From: Candidatus Aenigmatarchaeota archaeon
GTDB taxonomy: Archaea > Aenigmatarchaeota > Aenigmatarchaeia > CG10238-14 > SpSt-28
NCBI GenBank assembly: GCA_038733315.1
Contig: JAVYPJ010000001.1
Location: 39,863-103,862 of the forward strand
Direction of reading: 5' to 3'
Length of the DNA: 64,000 nt
Part shown: positions 29,448 through 40,094 of the stretch, piece by piece
Numbering within the stretch: the first letter of the stretch is position 1
How the letters are laid out: the number at the start of each line of letters is the position of its first letter
The notes under the pieces: model-generated
Seen by the model: the letters and a program-made list of their open reading frames with translations, nothing else
Database searches by the model: none
Told to the model about the DNA's origin: nothing
Made by a program: the position numbers and the translations under genes

Positions 29448-30465
29448 AAATTTTGATGTATTTTTCTTTAAAAATTTCTAAAGAGAATCTCTCAGAATAA
29501 CTTCGACAATATTGTTGAAAAGAGTAATATTCTTCCTTATTATCTATTAATTTTAAAATTTTTTTGACCATGTCAAATTCATCTATACATTCTATCCCAG
29601 CTTTTTTAACTTCTTTTGGCATTATAGAGGATTTTAGAAGCAAAGTTGGTGTTCCACATGCACTCGCCTCTATTACTGGAATACCGAACCCCTCTATTGT
29701 TGATGGAAATATAAAAAAATGAGATTTTTGATATATCCTTATCAATAATTTATCGTCAATTTCTTCATGTATTTCAAAATCTCTAACCCTGTTTTGTTTA
29801 ATTAGTTTTTCTACATCGAAATGACGTTGATAACTATTTTTTAATCTTCCGCCAGCAAGAACTAGCTTGCAATCAACATTTTCTTGGAGTAAACTACAAA
29901 CCCTTATAGCTATATCAGCCCTTTTTCTAAAACTAAAGTTCGATATAAAACTTAACACAATTTTATTTCCTATTTTCTTTTTCTTAAACTTGAATAAATC
30001 AAGGTCAACAGGAGGATGAATTACATACGAGTTTCTCCCTAATAAATTAAAAAGCGTTTTAGAAGTCAGTGTACTATTTGAAATTACCAAGTCGCAATCT
30101 CTTATATTTAATTTGTACAACATTAATAGAAGTGATTTAAATGAAGTTGACAAAGTATCTTCAAAAAAAGGAATAAAATCGTGAATGGTAATAATTTTTT
30201 TCGATTTATATCTATTAAGATTTCTAAAAAACAATAACTCTGGTGAAACGGACTGAACCACCCTATATTTCGAAAAACTACCAGCTTTTATAGATTTTAA
30301 TATCGCCCTAAAATAGTTCTTTTTTGGTTCCTGAACCTCTATAACATCTACATCAAACTTTTTTATAAGAGTGTTATAAAGATAAAATGAATACCTTCCT
30401 AGCCCCTTCCATTTCTTAAAATCTAGAGATGGAACTATTAATAGAATCTCTGAATCTCCAGTCAT
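29431..30465 (-). CDS. GT4 (GT-B) glycosyltransferase
   Basis: ITIHD, ISNS, IFPSTIEGFGIPVIEASACGTP. Confidence 0.92.
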   Translation of the reverse strand: MTGDSEILLIVPSLDFKKWKGLGRYSFYLYNTLIKKFDVDVIEVQEPKKNYFRAILKSIKAGSFSKYRVVQSVSPELLFFRNLNRYKSKKIITIHDFIPFFEDTLSTSFKSLLLMLYKLNIRDCDLVISNSTLTSKTLFNLLGRNSYVIHPPVDLDLFKFKKKKIGNKIVLSFISNFSFRKRADIAIRVCSLLQENVDCKLVLAGGRLKNSYQRHFDVEKLIKQNRVRDFEIHEEIDDKLLIRIYQKSHFFIFPSTIEGFGIPVIEASACGTPTLLLKSSIMPKEVKKAGIECIDEFDMVKKILKLIDNKEEYYSFQQYCRSYSERFSLEIFKEKYIKIYETLL

Positions 30466-30596
30466 ATAAATTTATATTTAGTAAAAATTCAATATAATAA
30501 TAAACTATCCATTAGACTGCCTCAAAAAAGAGAAATATTTTTATAAATTACAATTATATAGTTTAAAAATTTTTAAAACTTACTTATAATTCTGTG

Positions 30597-31346
30597 TTAT
30601 TTATTTTTCTTTTTTAAAGGTTTTCTTAGAAATCTGTTATACGCAAAAGAAATAGAAAAAACTTGATATATCCATATAAGAACCTGAAATATTAAAAATA
30701 TCAAACTAGAAAGAATAGCATTTTTAAATACGACTATACTAAAGAACATAGTCAACGCTCCGATTGCAGATAATATTATTGCGCCTACAACATTGATTAA
30801 GAAAAGTCTTAAGACATGTCCATTAGATATTTTCCAGGAAGTTTTTATGCTTTGTATTATACCTTTTTTATCGATTAAATAGATATATAATGACGGAATC
30901 ATCCTATACAAAATATAAAAACCGATAAACAAACAAAACAAAAAAGATATGAACCAAATTAATAATTTATCAAGAGATGCTACCAAAACAAATGACAAAA
31001 CAAAAAACGGAAGAAAAGATAAACCAAATATAAAATTTATTAGCAATGTTATTAATAAAAAACCTGGATAAAGAGGTAACATCCCTCTAACAATCTCTTT
31101 ATAATTAATTTCTTTATTTTTCTTAATAATTTCAAAGCTAGAAAGTATTAAACAACCATGAACAAAAGTAGAGTAAAAGATAGAGAAAATTACTACTGTT
31201 ACTAATCCTATAATGCTAAAATTTTTAAATAAAAGTGATGAGAAAGTGATGAGAAATATGAAAGGAAAACTCAGTAATAACGCAAAAACTAAAACGTTTT
31301 TATTAAAAATATTTTGAAATCCAAACCTTATACTATCTACTATCAT
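30597..31346 (-). CDS. Polytopic membrane protein of unknown function
   Basis: About 6 TM helices; IIQSIKTSWKIS motif. Confidence 0.7.
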   Translation of the reverse strand: MIVDSIRFGFQNIFNKNVLVFALLLSFPFIFLITFSSLLFKNFSIIGLVTVVIFSIFYSTFVHGCLILSSFEIIKKNKEINYKEIVRGMLPLYPGFLLITLLINFIFGLSFLPFFVLSFVLVASLDKLLIWFISFLFCLFIGFYILYRMIPSLYIYLIDKKGIIQSIKTSWKISNGHVLRLFLINVVGAIILSAIGALTMFFSIVVFKNAILSSLIFLIFQVLIWIYQVFSISFAYNRFLRKPLKKKNK

Positions 31347-31347
31347 T

Positions 31348-31869
31348 TCATTTCTTTACTATTTTCTTCAAATATTCCTTAGCATAGTCGGCATCTCTCC
31401 ATTCTTTCACCTTTACCCACTTTCCAGGCTCTAATTCTTTGTAATGCTCGAAAAAGTGTTTTATTTCGTTTTTCAGGGCCTCTGGAATATCTTTAACATC
31501 TTTAATAAAATTAAATGTAGGATCTATTTTACTTGACAAAACACCTATTAATTTTTCATCTTTTCCTTTTTCATCTTCCATCTCTAATAATGCTACAGGT
31601 CTTACCTTAGCTACAGTTCCAACATTTAGTGGTAATGAAGAAATAATTAAGCAATCTAGAGGATCCCCATCTTCGCATAATGTTGATGGAATAAAACCAT
31701 AGTCTAATGGATAATGCATACTAGTATACAAAATTCTGTCTAAGAGAAAAGCTTCAAGCTCTTCATCATATTCGTATTTTAGTTTGCTTCCTTTGCTTAT
31801 CTCAATTACAACATATATCTCTTCTGGAAATTTATCCTTAGGTCCAGCCGGTAAGTTTTTTAGATTCAT
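31348..31869 (-). CDS. ppa: Inorganic pyrophosphatase, family I
   Basis: KYEYD, YPLDYGFIP, EDGDPLD, HFFEHYKELE. Confidence 0.97.
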   Translation of the reverse strand: MNLKNLPAGPKDKFPEEIYVVIEISKGSKLKYEYDEELEAFLLDRILYTSMHYPLDYGFIPSTLCEDGDPLDCLIISSLPLNVGTVAKVRPVALLEMEDEKGKDEKLIGVLSSKIDPTFNFIKDVKDIPEALKNEIKHFFEHYKELEPGKWVKVKEWRDADYAKEYLKKIVKK

Positions 31870-31900
31870 AACAATATATTTAAAGTAAATAAATAAATTT

Positions 31901-32314
31901 ATGGAAGTTGAAGAAAAATTGAAAAAAGTTCCGATTTTTATAAAAATAGATAAATACAGAGATTTAATAGATAAAATAAATTTTCTTCAATTGGAAAGCA
32001 TAAAATTAAAAAATTATTTAGAGGTTGCTGAAAAAATTAAAGAATTAGAAAAAAACATAGTCTCAAAAGAAAAAGAAAGTTTGGAAAAAATAATAGAAAA
32101 TATAAAGGAAGTTTCTGAAATGATTTTAGGAAAAAGGGAAGAAAAGAAAGAGATTGAAGAGTTGAAAAGTAAACTAGATGAAGTTAAAACGTCTCTAGAA
32201 GAAGTTTCTAAAAAATTGGAAGAAAAGAAAACAGAAGAAGTAGAGATTGAAGCTGTAAATCATTCAGAGGAATCTGTAGAAGAAAGCGTTATAAAAGAAT
32301 ATAAACCTCAATAA
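31901..32314 (+). CDS. Coiled-coil hypothetical protein
   Basis: PIFIKIDKY followed by a heptad-rich helix. Confidence 0.65.
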   Translation: MEVEEKLKKVPIFIKIDKYRDLIDKINFLQLESIKLKNYLEVAEKIKELEKNIVSKEKESLEKIIENIKEVSEMILGKREEKKEIEELKSKLDEVKTSLEEVSKKLEEKKTEEVEIEAVNHSEESVEESVIKEYKPQ

Positions 32315-32345
32315 TTTTTTGATTTCTTATCCAAATAATTTATAT

Positions 32346-32431
32346 GCGGGGGTCGCCTAGCCTGGTCAAGGGCGTCGGGTTTAGGACCCGATGGCGTAGA
32401 GCCGTCGTGGGTTCAAATCCCACCCCCCGCA
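32346..32431 (+). tRNA. tRNA-Leu(TAG)
   Basis: Acceptor GCGGGGG/CCCCCGC; anticodon arm TCGGG-TTTAGGA-CCCGA; long variable arm; GTTCAAATC T-loop; CCA not encoded. Confidence 0.95.
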
Positions 32432-32621
32432 TGACCAAAAATATATATTTTGAAAAATAGCAGACCGATTTTTCTATATAGCCTAATATACTTTCATATA
32501 TATTTTTTGATGATATTTAAAACGTCCATAATATGTAATTTTTTATTAATACACAAAATACTCGACATATATATAACAATGTATATATAAAAAAGAAAAA
32601 ATTGCAATGAAGAATTTGTAG

Positions 32622-33608
32622 TTAGATAAATGAATTTTTCTTTTCTCTCATAAACTCCTCTCTTAATTTATATTCTAAAAGTTTTTCAAAGTTTTTAATT
32701 CCGACATTTCCGAAATTTAATTTTCTTGCATTTTTTAGTATTTTTTCTTTACTATCTAATTCGAATAATTCGTAGAATCCTTTTTCATAGATTTTTTTAG
32801 AAATATATAAATTTTTAAATGGATGTTGGATAAAGAAGTAGTAAACATAAATTGGATATCTCATCCAAATACTTTTGGATTTAACAAAAAAAATCATATA
32901 CAGCTCTAACATAGCCAAATAAACCAAGAAAGAAATGAAAAAAATGACATAATTGTATCTCGAAGTTTTTGAAAATAACCTATAGTATTTAAATTTATCT
33001 GGCGTATGTACTTCAATTTTTCTAAATGGTATGTCTGAAACGTATAATAACTTTGCTGGTAATTGAAAGGATTCTATTTTAGTATATCTTATAAGATATT
33101 TTTCAAAGACTTCCTTTAGAGTTTCCCTTCTTTTAATCTCTATAAAATATCTTTTACAATCTAACTCTTTATAATTTCTGGTCTTAATACTTATCAACCA
33201 ATGAATTACTCCTAGTGGATTTGCCACACCTTTTTTAAACAATCTAAAGAAATACGAGCCTTGAAGGATCTTATACGCATCGTATTTATCATTAATTAAT
33301 TTTTTTAAATCCTTTAGTAATCTCTTATTTGGGAAATCATCTGAGTCTAATTGAAGAATCCAATCGTATTTACATTCACTAATTCCAATTTTATAATAAA
33401 AATCTGCTATTCCAATAGGAGGTAGCCAAACTACTTTAACTTTCTTATATTTTTTTGATAAATTTTTCATTAACTTTTTTTGGTTTTTATCGGTAGAACT
33501 ATCTATGATTACTATTTCATCAACATATGGATAAAGAAGTTCTACCTTAGGTTTTACTAATTCGTATTCATTTATTGAAAAAATTAATGCTGAAATTTTA
33601 CTTTTCAC
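32622..33608 (-). CDS. GT2 glycosyltransferase with hydrophobic C-terminal region
   Basis: ISALIFSINE, EIVIIDSS, WILQLDSDD; GTG start overlaps the fibrillarin stop. Confidence 0.85.
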   Translation of the reverse strand: MKSKISALIFSINEYELVKPKVELLYPYVDEIVIIDSSTDKNQKKLMKNLSKKYKKVKVVWLPPIGIADFYYKIGISECKYDWILQLDSDDFPNKRLLKDLKKLINDKYDAYKILQGSYFFRLFKKGVANPLGVIHWLISIKTRNYKELDCKRYFIEIKRRETLKEVFEKYLIRYTKIESFQLPAKLLYVSDIPFRKIEVHTPDKFKYYRLFSKTSRYNYVIFFISFLVYLAMLELYMIFFVKSKSIWMRYPIYVYYFFIQHPFKNLYISKKIYEKGFYELFELDSKEKILKNARKLNFGNVGIKNFEKLLEYKLREEFMREKKNSFI

Positions 33609-34267
33609 TTTCTAACAACAATAATTGCATGATCTTTTTGATACGGATCTAACTCAACTCTTTCGATTATTTTTAGATTTTTTTCCTTTAAATAATTTTC
33701 AACCTCTTTATAAACTTCCTTAGGTTTCTTAGTAACATCTATGCTTCTAGATTTTATAGCTATCATTCCATAACAACTCTCTTTTCCAAACTTTTCGATA
33801 TTATCTATAAAAATTCTCGCTTCATCCTGCTGAGCAACATCACAATAAACAAAATCTACTTTCTCTAAAATTAGAAAAGAATAAGTTTCTGGTTTTCTTG
33901 CATCTGCTAATATGGGAACTATGTTTTTTCTTTTTTCAGCTAATATTTTTAATTTTGCTAAAGGAACTTCGCTAATTTCAATTCCATATATAATTCCATT
34001 AATAGCTATGTCGCTAAAATGAGAAGCAGTAGTTCCGCTGGCAATTCCTAAATATAAAATTTTGGAATTTTTAGTTATTGAAAAATTTTTTAATCCATTT
34101 TTTAGTGCAGCAGCTGGTTTAGACCTATAATGATCCCAAAATCTATATTCTTCGTTATTTATCTTTACTAATTTTTCTCCGTATACACTTTCCCCTTTAA
34201 CCAAATTTTTTGTATAGTAATCATTATTTATCTTATATACACCTTCAAATATTTCTTTTATTTTCAT
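33605..34267 (-). CDS. flpA: Fibrillarin rRNA/tRNA 2'-O-methyltransferase
   Basis: VYGEK, RSKPAA, LYLGIASGTTASHFSD, DVAQ, IKSRSIDVT. Confidence 0.97.
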   Translation of the reverse strand: MKIKEIFEGVYKINNDYYTKNLVKGESVYGEKLVKINNEEYRFWDHYRSKPAAALKNGLKNFSITKNSKILYLGIASGTTASHFSDIAINGIIYGIEISEVPLAKLKILAEKRKNIVPILADARKPETYSFLILEKVDFVYCDVAQQDEARIFIDNIEKFGKESCYGMIAIKSRSIDVTKKPKEVYKEVENYLKEKNLKIIERVELDPYQKDHAIIVVRK

Positions 34268-35277
34268 TTTTCTGATAGTATTTCCTTTATTCTTAAATCT
34301 AATTCTTCCTTTAACTTTTCATTTTTTTTCTTGCTAAAATAATCTAATTTAGCTGCCTTTGCTAAATAATTAGCTAAAACTCTTGAAACTTTTCCTCTTA
34401 ATTTTTTTGGCGCTTGCTGAATATATGGATGAATAAATATATATCCATGCTTAGGACTTTTGCCCTTGCCTCTCAAAAATCTAAACAATGCTTTTTCTGC
34501 TCCAACTAATTGAATTCTTGTGGACGGACTTTTTGCAATTTTTTCTAAACTTCCTATTCCTTTTATTAGTTTTGCTACTAATTTATAGCCAGCAAGCATA
34601 GTTAAATTTGGAGCGTATTCGCTAACAATTTTTTCTAGTCTTTTTTCTAATTCATTATTAAATTCAATTAAATCTAAAATCTTTAGAGCAAAGTATTTTA
34701 TAAATTCTAATAATTCTTCGCTAATTTCGCTTCCAACACTTTTTAAAGCTAATTCTTTATCTATGCTCTCTCTTTTTGGATTTTTTGCCAAAGTTTTAAC
34801 AAACTTTTCTATTGAAGTTTCTTTCTCAACATATTCCGGAAAATATATTTGATAAATTCTTCTTAACCTTTCTACTAATAAATTAATAATTTTTTCATTA
34901 TCTTCTATTGCTTGAATTAACTGAGAAATTATTCTATCTAATACTCTTTGCTCAGCTTCTAATTTTAATAACTTTTCACTAATTTTTTTACTTTTTTCAA
35001 TAATTTCTTCTCTTGAAATTTTTAAATTATTTACTAAAAAATTTAGAATTATTTCGCTAAAATCTTTTTGTTCATATTTATAACCAAGTTTCGGATATGT
35101 AAAAATTATTTCTTCGTTTAAATCTTTAATAAATTCCTTTTCAAAATCGCTTAATTCTTCTTTTTTAATTTCTAAGATTAAGTTTATTTGATTTTCATCA
35201 AAAAGTTTATACTTTATTATTTCATTTTTTTCATTAATTGCATATATTCCTACAGCATTAATCGAAACGTATATCAT
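34264..35277 (-). CDS. nop5: Nop5/Nop56 C/D box RNP protein
   Basis: APNLTMLAG, IQLVGAEKALF, SPKHGYIF, GKVSRVLA. Confidence 0.95.
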   Translation of the reverse strand: MIYVSINAVGIYAINEKNEIIKYKLFDENQINLILEIKKEELSDFEKEFIKDLNEEIIFTYPKLGYKYEQKDFSEIILNFLVNNLKISREEIIEKSKKISEKLLKLEAEQRVLDRIISQLIQAIEDNEKIINLLVERLRRIYQIYFPEYVEKETSIEKFVKTLAKNPKRESIDKELALKSVGSEISEELLEFIKYFALKILDLIEFNNELEKRLEKIVSEYAPNLTMLAGYKLVAKLIKGIGSLEKIAKSPSTRIQLVGAEKALFRFLRGKGKSPKHGYIFIHPYIQQAPKKLRGKVSRVLANYLAKAAKLDYFSKKKNEKLKEELDLRIKEILSEK

Positions 35278-35306
35278 AAAAAATATAACAACATAAATTT
35301 AAAGTT

Positions 35307-35534
35307 ATGGAAAGCTTGTTTTTAATCGGCTTAAGTCTAATTTTTATTGGAATATTCCTTATATTTTTATCAATAATTTTGCATAGCAAAAAAGAGGTAA
35401 AAAGTGAAGGTGGATTTGTAATAGTTGTTTGGCCTTTTTTTGTTGCTGGCGGAAACGAAAAAATTGTTCCAATTTTATTAACATTGGCTATAATTTTATC
35501 AATTATTCTTTTTGCATTCTTTCTCTTAAGATAG
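35307..35534 (+). CDS. Small membrane protein (DUF131/TIGR00304-like)
   Basis: TM, then EGGFVIVVWPF...GG, then TM. Confidence 0.65.
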   Translation: MESLFLIGLSLIFIGIFLIFLSIILHSKKEVKSEGGFVIVVWPFFVAGGNEKIVPILLTLAIILSIILFAFFLLR

Positions 35535-36499
35535 CCTCCTTTAATCCGTTATCTAAAAGTTTTTTAAAATTTTCTAAACTATCGTTATTTAGATTTAATC
35601 TTTTTGATAATTTTATTACTTCTTTTTTATTTTCTATTTTTAAGAATTTAAAAACTCCTATTTTGTATTGAAAATTATAAATTAAGTATTTATAATGAAA
35701 ATTTTGAAAAGAAATAGAGTTGAATACTTTATCCAATTTACATTAAATTTCTTCTCTCTTTTTATTAATAAAATAACATAAGAGTAGTTCCATAGTATTA
35801 TCAAAATAGCGAAGCCAAATTTACCTAATTTGAATAAATAATATACAAATTTTTTAATTGCATTAAAGTATTTTGAATATTCAAACCATAAGTATGCATT
35901 TCTATTAAAGAAAAAAGTATTTTTGTTCCAATCTGAGATAATTCTATAGTATTGTAAATAGCTCCTTTTTCTACAGGATTTCCGCATACTATATTTCTAT
36001 GCTTATGTTCTATGAAGTATTTTATAGTATTCAATTCTATATAATTTTTTGAAGAAGATGCCATTACCCAATGAATTAATCCAGTTGGATATGCGACATC
36101 TTTCTTAATTAATCTAAATAGAAATTCTCTAGATTCTTTATTCCTATACTTTCTATAAATTTTATACGCATCATATTTATCATTAATTAATTTTCTTAAA
36201 TCTTTTAGTAATTTCTTGTTTGGAACGTCATCTGCATCTAATTGAAGAATCCAATCGTATTTACATTCATTAATTCCAATTTTATAATAAAAATCTGCTA
36301 TTCCAATAGGAGGTAGCCAAACTACTTTAACTTTCTTATATTTTTTTGATAAATTTTTCATTAACTTTTTTTGATTTTTATCAGTAGAACTATCTATGAT
36401 TACTATTTCATCAACATATGGATAAAGAATTTCTACTTTAGGTTTTACCAATTCATATTCATTTATTGAAAATATTAATGCCGAAATTTTTTTATGCGT
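35503..36499 (-). pseudogene. Decayed duplicate of the GT2 gene at 32622-33608
   Basis: First ~330 bp nearly identical to the paralog; ACG at the aligned start position; homology continues across three frames (35825-36574, 35682-35987, 35503-35736). Confidence 0.8.
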
Positions 36500-36901
36500 G
36501 AATAAATATAAATAAATACAAATTTTAAAATCGTCACTCCTCAATTCAAAAATAATGTTTAATTGTACTACCAAAACATTCGATATTTACACGAAAAAAA
36601 TTACCCCTTAGACCATAGAGCCTTATAGAAAAGTAATATTATAAAATTATAAAATTATATTTTAAGCATTCAACCAGATTTTATATTTTAGTTTTCCGCA
36701 CAAGCATAAAACACATGTAACATTGACTATCTATTAATCTAGCTAGATGAGACAAATTAATTAAACTAAAATCTTAAACTTGTCATTAGCTATAAGCTTT
36801 AAAACTATTTAAAATATTATTACCAATCTTTCTATTTTTCATCTGAGTTTTAAGAGAAAGAGCTTAAATTTTTAAATATTAAAATTTGACCAGATTAATT
36901 T

Positions 36902-37948
36902 ATGAAATTTATTATAGTCAGTAGACTAGAAAAAATTAAAAATATTGAGATTGTTATAAAAGTTTTTAACAAATTAAAAGACGATGAACTATGGATAGTA
37001 GGAAAAGGAAAATATGAAAACGAATTAAAAAAATTGACTAAAGCGAAAAATATAAGATTTTTTGGATTTGTCGATGAAAGAACATTAAAAAAAATATATA
37101 AAGAGGCGGATGTATGTATAATGCCACATATTAATGAGCCTTTTGGATTAGTCCCATATGAAATAGCAAAATTTGGTAAACCAAGTATTATTAGTAAATT
37201 AAGTGGAATTGCAGGTTTAGCAAAAGAATATAAATTTGGATTAATTTTTGATCCATATGATGAATACGATCTATTAGAAAAAATTAAAACTATAAAAATT
37301 AATAAGATTTATAAGCAACTAAGTAAAAATGCCAATAACCTTAAAAAATATATTAATCCGAATACTGAATTTAAAAAATTTTTAAAATACATACCAAAAA
37401 ACACTAAAAAAATTCTAATAATTCATTCTCAGTTTATTGAAATTGGTGGGTCGGAAAAGTCTATTTTGGGTTTATATAAGAGGCTTAAAAAGAAGTATAA
37501 TTGCGAACTTTACTTCGAATTGGATAGAAACTCTAAAAAATGGAAAGTTTTATATAAATCAAAGATAAAGAAGGTTGCATATATCTTTAGAATTTTTAAC
37601 TCACTGAGTAATTTAATTGAAAAAATTAAAAATAACGATATAATAATAGTTTCACTAACCGGAAATATTCTATCCATACCTGCCTACTGGTCAAGTTTAA
37701 TTCTAGGTAATATTACTAATAGAAAAATCATTATTTATTTACACGAGCCACCACTAAGTTTTTGGTCTCTTAAAAAAATCGAAAGAACTTTACTATCTCC
37801 AATAATATTTTTAGATTGTTTATTAACAAAAATTTTACTTCAAAATAATTTTATGGTAATAGCGAATTCTGGTTTTTCAAAAAAATATTTTATTAAAAGA
37901 TATAAAAAAATGGTAAAAACTGTTGTTTATCCTATTTTTTATCTATGA
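36902..37948 (+). CDS. GT4 glycosyltransferase with swapped (circularly permuted) domain order
   Basis: N-half VSRLEKIKN...EPFGLVPYE is the donor-binding domain; C-half KILIIH...GGSEK...ANSGFSK...VVYP is the acceptor domain. Confidence 0.8.
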   Translation: MKFIIVSRLEKIKNIEIVIKVFNKLKDDELWIVGKGKYENELKKLTKAKNIRFFGFVDERTLKKIYKEADVCIMPHINEPFGLVPYEIAKFGKPSIISKLSGIAGLAKEYKFGLIFDPYDEYDLLEKIKTIKINKIYKQLSKNANNLKKYINPNTEFKKFLKYIPKNTKKILIIHSQFIEIGGSEKSILGLYKRLKKKYNCELYFELDRNSKKWKVLYKSKIKKVAYIFRIFNSLSNLIEKIKNNDIIIVSLTGNILSIPAYWSSLILGNITNRKIIIYLHEPPLSFWSLKKIERTLLSPIIFLDCLLTKILLQNNFMVIANSGFSKKYFIKRYKKMVKTVVYPIFYL

Positions 37949-37954
37949 CGAAAT

Positions 37955-39277
37955 ATGAGCAAAGATAGAATAACTATTATTTCTTGTCCTGTTGAATATG
38001 GACTTGGTGGAGGAGCAAAAAGAGAATACTATGTTATAAAAGAGTCCATGAACTATATAGATATGGAGCTTTATTTTCCATTTAGATATATTGTTGAGAT
38101 TGCTCTTCTTAAAGAGAATAACCCAAAAATAGTTGAATATACTATAAGATCATTAGAAAATTTAGAAAATAGAGGATTACTTGTACCTAACAACATTTTT
38201 CGTTTACTAGAAAATGAAATTTACTTAGATTTTCTATGCAAAAAATTTATGAAACACAAAAAAATAAATCTTTTAACCTATACCCTAAATTTAGAAAAGT
38301 TCGAATCAACATTCCTAGAAAAAATTATAAAAAACAGAGAACTAAATCCTGAAAAATCACAAAAAATATATATTCCTCACGAGCTTTTTGAATTTATATT
38401 TCCAGGATATTTTATTGCAAAAAAATATAATAAAGATGTTTTCATCCTTTTACAGGAATCCCCTTTTTTAAGAATAATAACTTTTTATAGATTTTTTAAA
38501 TACAACGCGCCATCAACAATAATTTATAAGTATAATGGAGAAAAGAGTAAAAAAATTTTAATTTATCTTAACAAAAATAACTATCTTAAAAAAATTTTAG
38601 CAGTTTCTTACGCACCAATAATCTTGAGTAATCTAAATAATTATTTAGATAATTATAAAGTTTTGAAAATAGGAAACGCGTTTAACAAAAAACTATTGAA
38701 ATTTAGAAAATTTAAAAAAGAAAACTATCTTGTTTTTTATGCTAGATTGGTTCCAGAAAAAGGTATACTAGAGATTCCACCTATAGTAAATGAAATTAAA
38801 AAGGTTTTTGAAGATGTTAAATTATTTGTAATCGGCAGCTTCACAAAACCGTCTGTAAAAACCCAATTTTTAAACTTAGTTAAAAAATTGAAATTAGAGA
38901 ATAATATAATTTTAACAGGATTTTTAAATGAAAAAAAATTATATAAAATAGTTTCGAAAGCTAAAGCACTAATATATCCATCGCATCAGGATGCATATCC
39001 TCTAGTTATTTTAGAAAGCTTGGCATTAGGAACTAGTGTAGTAGTTTATGATATTCCAGCAATTTTATTGAAATATAGAAAGCTTAGACCCGTTAAAATT
39101 GTTAAAGAAGGGAGTATAAAAGAAATGGCAAAAAAAGCTATTGAAATTTTAAATCAAAATTTAAATGAATACAAAGAAGAGCATAATGATAAAAATACAT
39201 TAAATTTTTTAAATTTACATAGTAGTTGGAAAAATGTTGCTCTAGAAGAGTTAAAGGAGCTTGGATTTAAAATATAA
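37955..39277 (+). CDS. GT4 glycosyltransferase
   Basis: GLGGGAKR, ARLVPEKG, YPSHQDAYPLVILESLALGT. Confidence 0.9.
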   Translation: MSKDRITIISCPVEYGLGGGAKREYYVIKESMNYIDMELYFPFRYIVEIALLKENNPKIVEYTIRSLENLENRGLLVPNNIFRLLENEIYLDFLCKKFMKHKKINLLTYTLNLEKFESTFLEKIIKNRELNPEKSQKIYIPHELFEFIFPGYFIAKKYNKDVFILLQESPFLRIITFYRFFKYNAPSTIIYKYNGEKSKKILIYLNKNNYLKKILAVSYAPIILSNLNNYLDNYKVLKIGNAFNKKLLKFRKFKKENYLVFYARLVPEKGILEIPPIVNEIKKVFEDVKLFVIGSFTKPSVKTQFLNLVKKLKLENNIILTGFLNEKKLYKIVSKAKALIYPSHQDAYPLVILESLALGTSVVVYDIPAILLKYRKLRPVKIVKEGSIKEMAKKAIEILNQNLNEYKEEHNDKNTLNFLNLHSSWKNVALEELKELGFKI

Positions 39278-40085
39278 AATATTTACATCAGGATAGATAT
39301 GTGAAATAATCTTTTTAAGCTGAAACCCATTTTTAATAAATTTCCCAAATATTAATCTAGAAATTTCTAATGAATGACATTCTATAATCCATTCAGAAAT
39401 TTGTTTTATTAAATCGTCGTCTACAAAAACTAGAAACTTTTCACAACCTTCGCAATCTATTTTAGCTATATCTACTTTTTCCTTAATTGCTTTTTTCTAG
39501 GACTTCTTTCCAACATATACACTTAACTTTTATTTCTTTTGGTTTGTTTACTTTATTTTTAAATAGTGATAATTCACCATATCCATATTCGCTTTCCTCA
39601 ACTATAAATTTCATTATGCCGCTTTCTTTACAAACTGCATAAGGATATATTTTGCAATTAATATTGAATTTTTTAATAATCTTATTAGCAAATTCTACAT
39701 TTTCTTTGATTGGTTCATATGCTATAATCCTTTTGGCTCCAAGCTTATGAAAAAGTAAAATGCTATCTCCTATCCATGCACCAACATCCAAAACAACTCT
39801 ATTTTTAAATTTTATACCAAAATTTAGATAATCCAAAACATCTGTATTTATTTTTCCGTATTTAAGATAATAATAGTAATTAATGTTTATATGTTCTATT
39901 AGTTTTTTATAATTAAACTCATAAATTTCCTCGTTAAGATAAAATCTATATTTTTTCTGTCTAAAAATTAATGATTTTAGAAAATTCAAAAAATTTATAA
40001 AGATATATATATTTTTTGCAAAAATACAGAATAAATATACATCTCTTAGAAAATAAAAAAATTTTCTCCTAACGTTTTTTATCAT
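39251..40085 (-). pseudogene. FkbM-family methyltransferase with a one-base frameshift in an A6 run (39491-39496)
   Basis: VLDVGAWIGD...AYEP in the first frame; after the shift KIDCEGCE...IIECH continues to TAA at 39251-39253. Confidence 0.85.
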
Positions 40086-40094
40086 TTTTATTTC

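Noticed and set aside
36575..36900. Possible C/D box sRNA or structured RNA in the intergenic gap (imperfect inverted repeat at about 36742-36792)
   Set aside because: No properly spaced RUGAUGA/CUGA pair, and the stem is AT-rich and weak.
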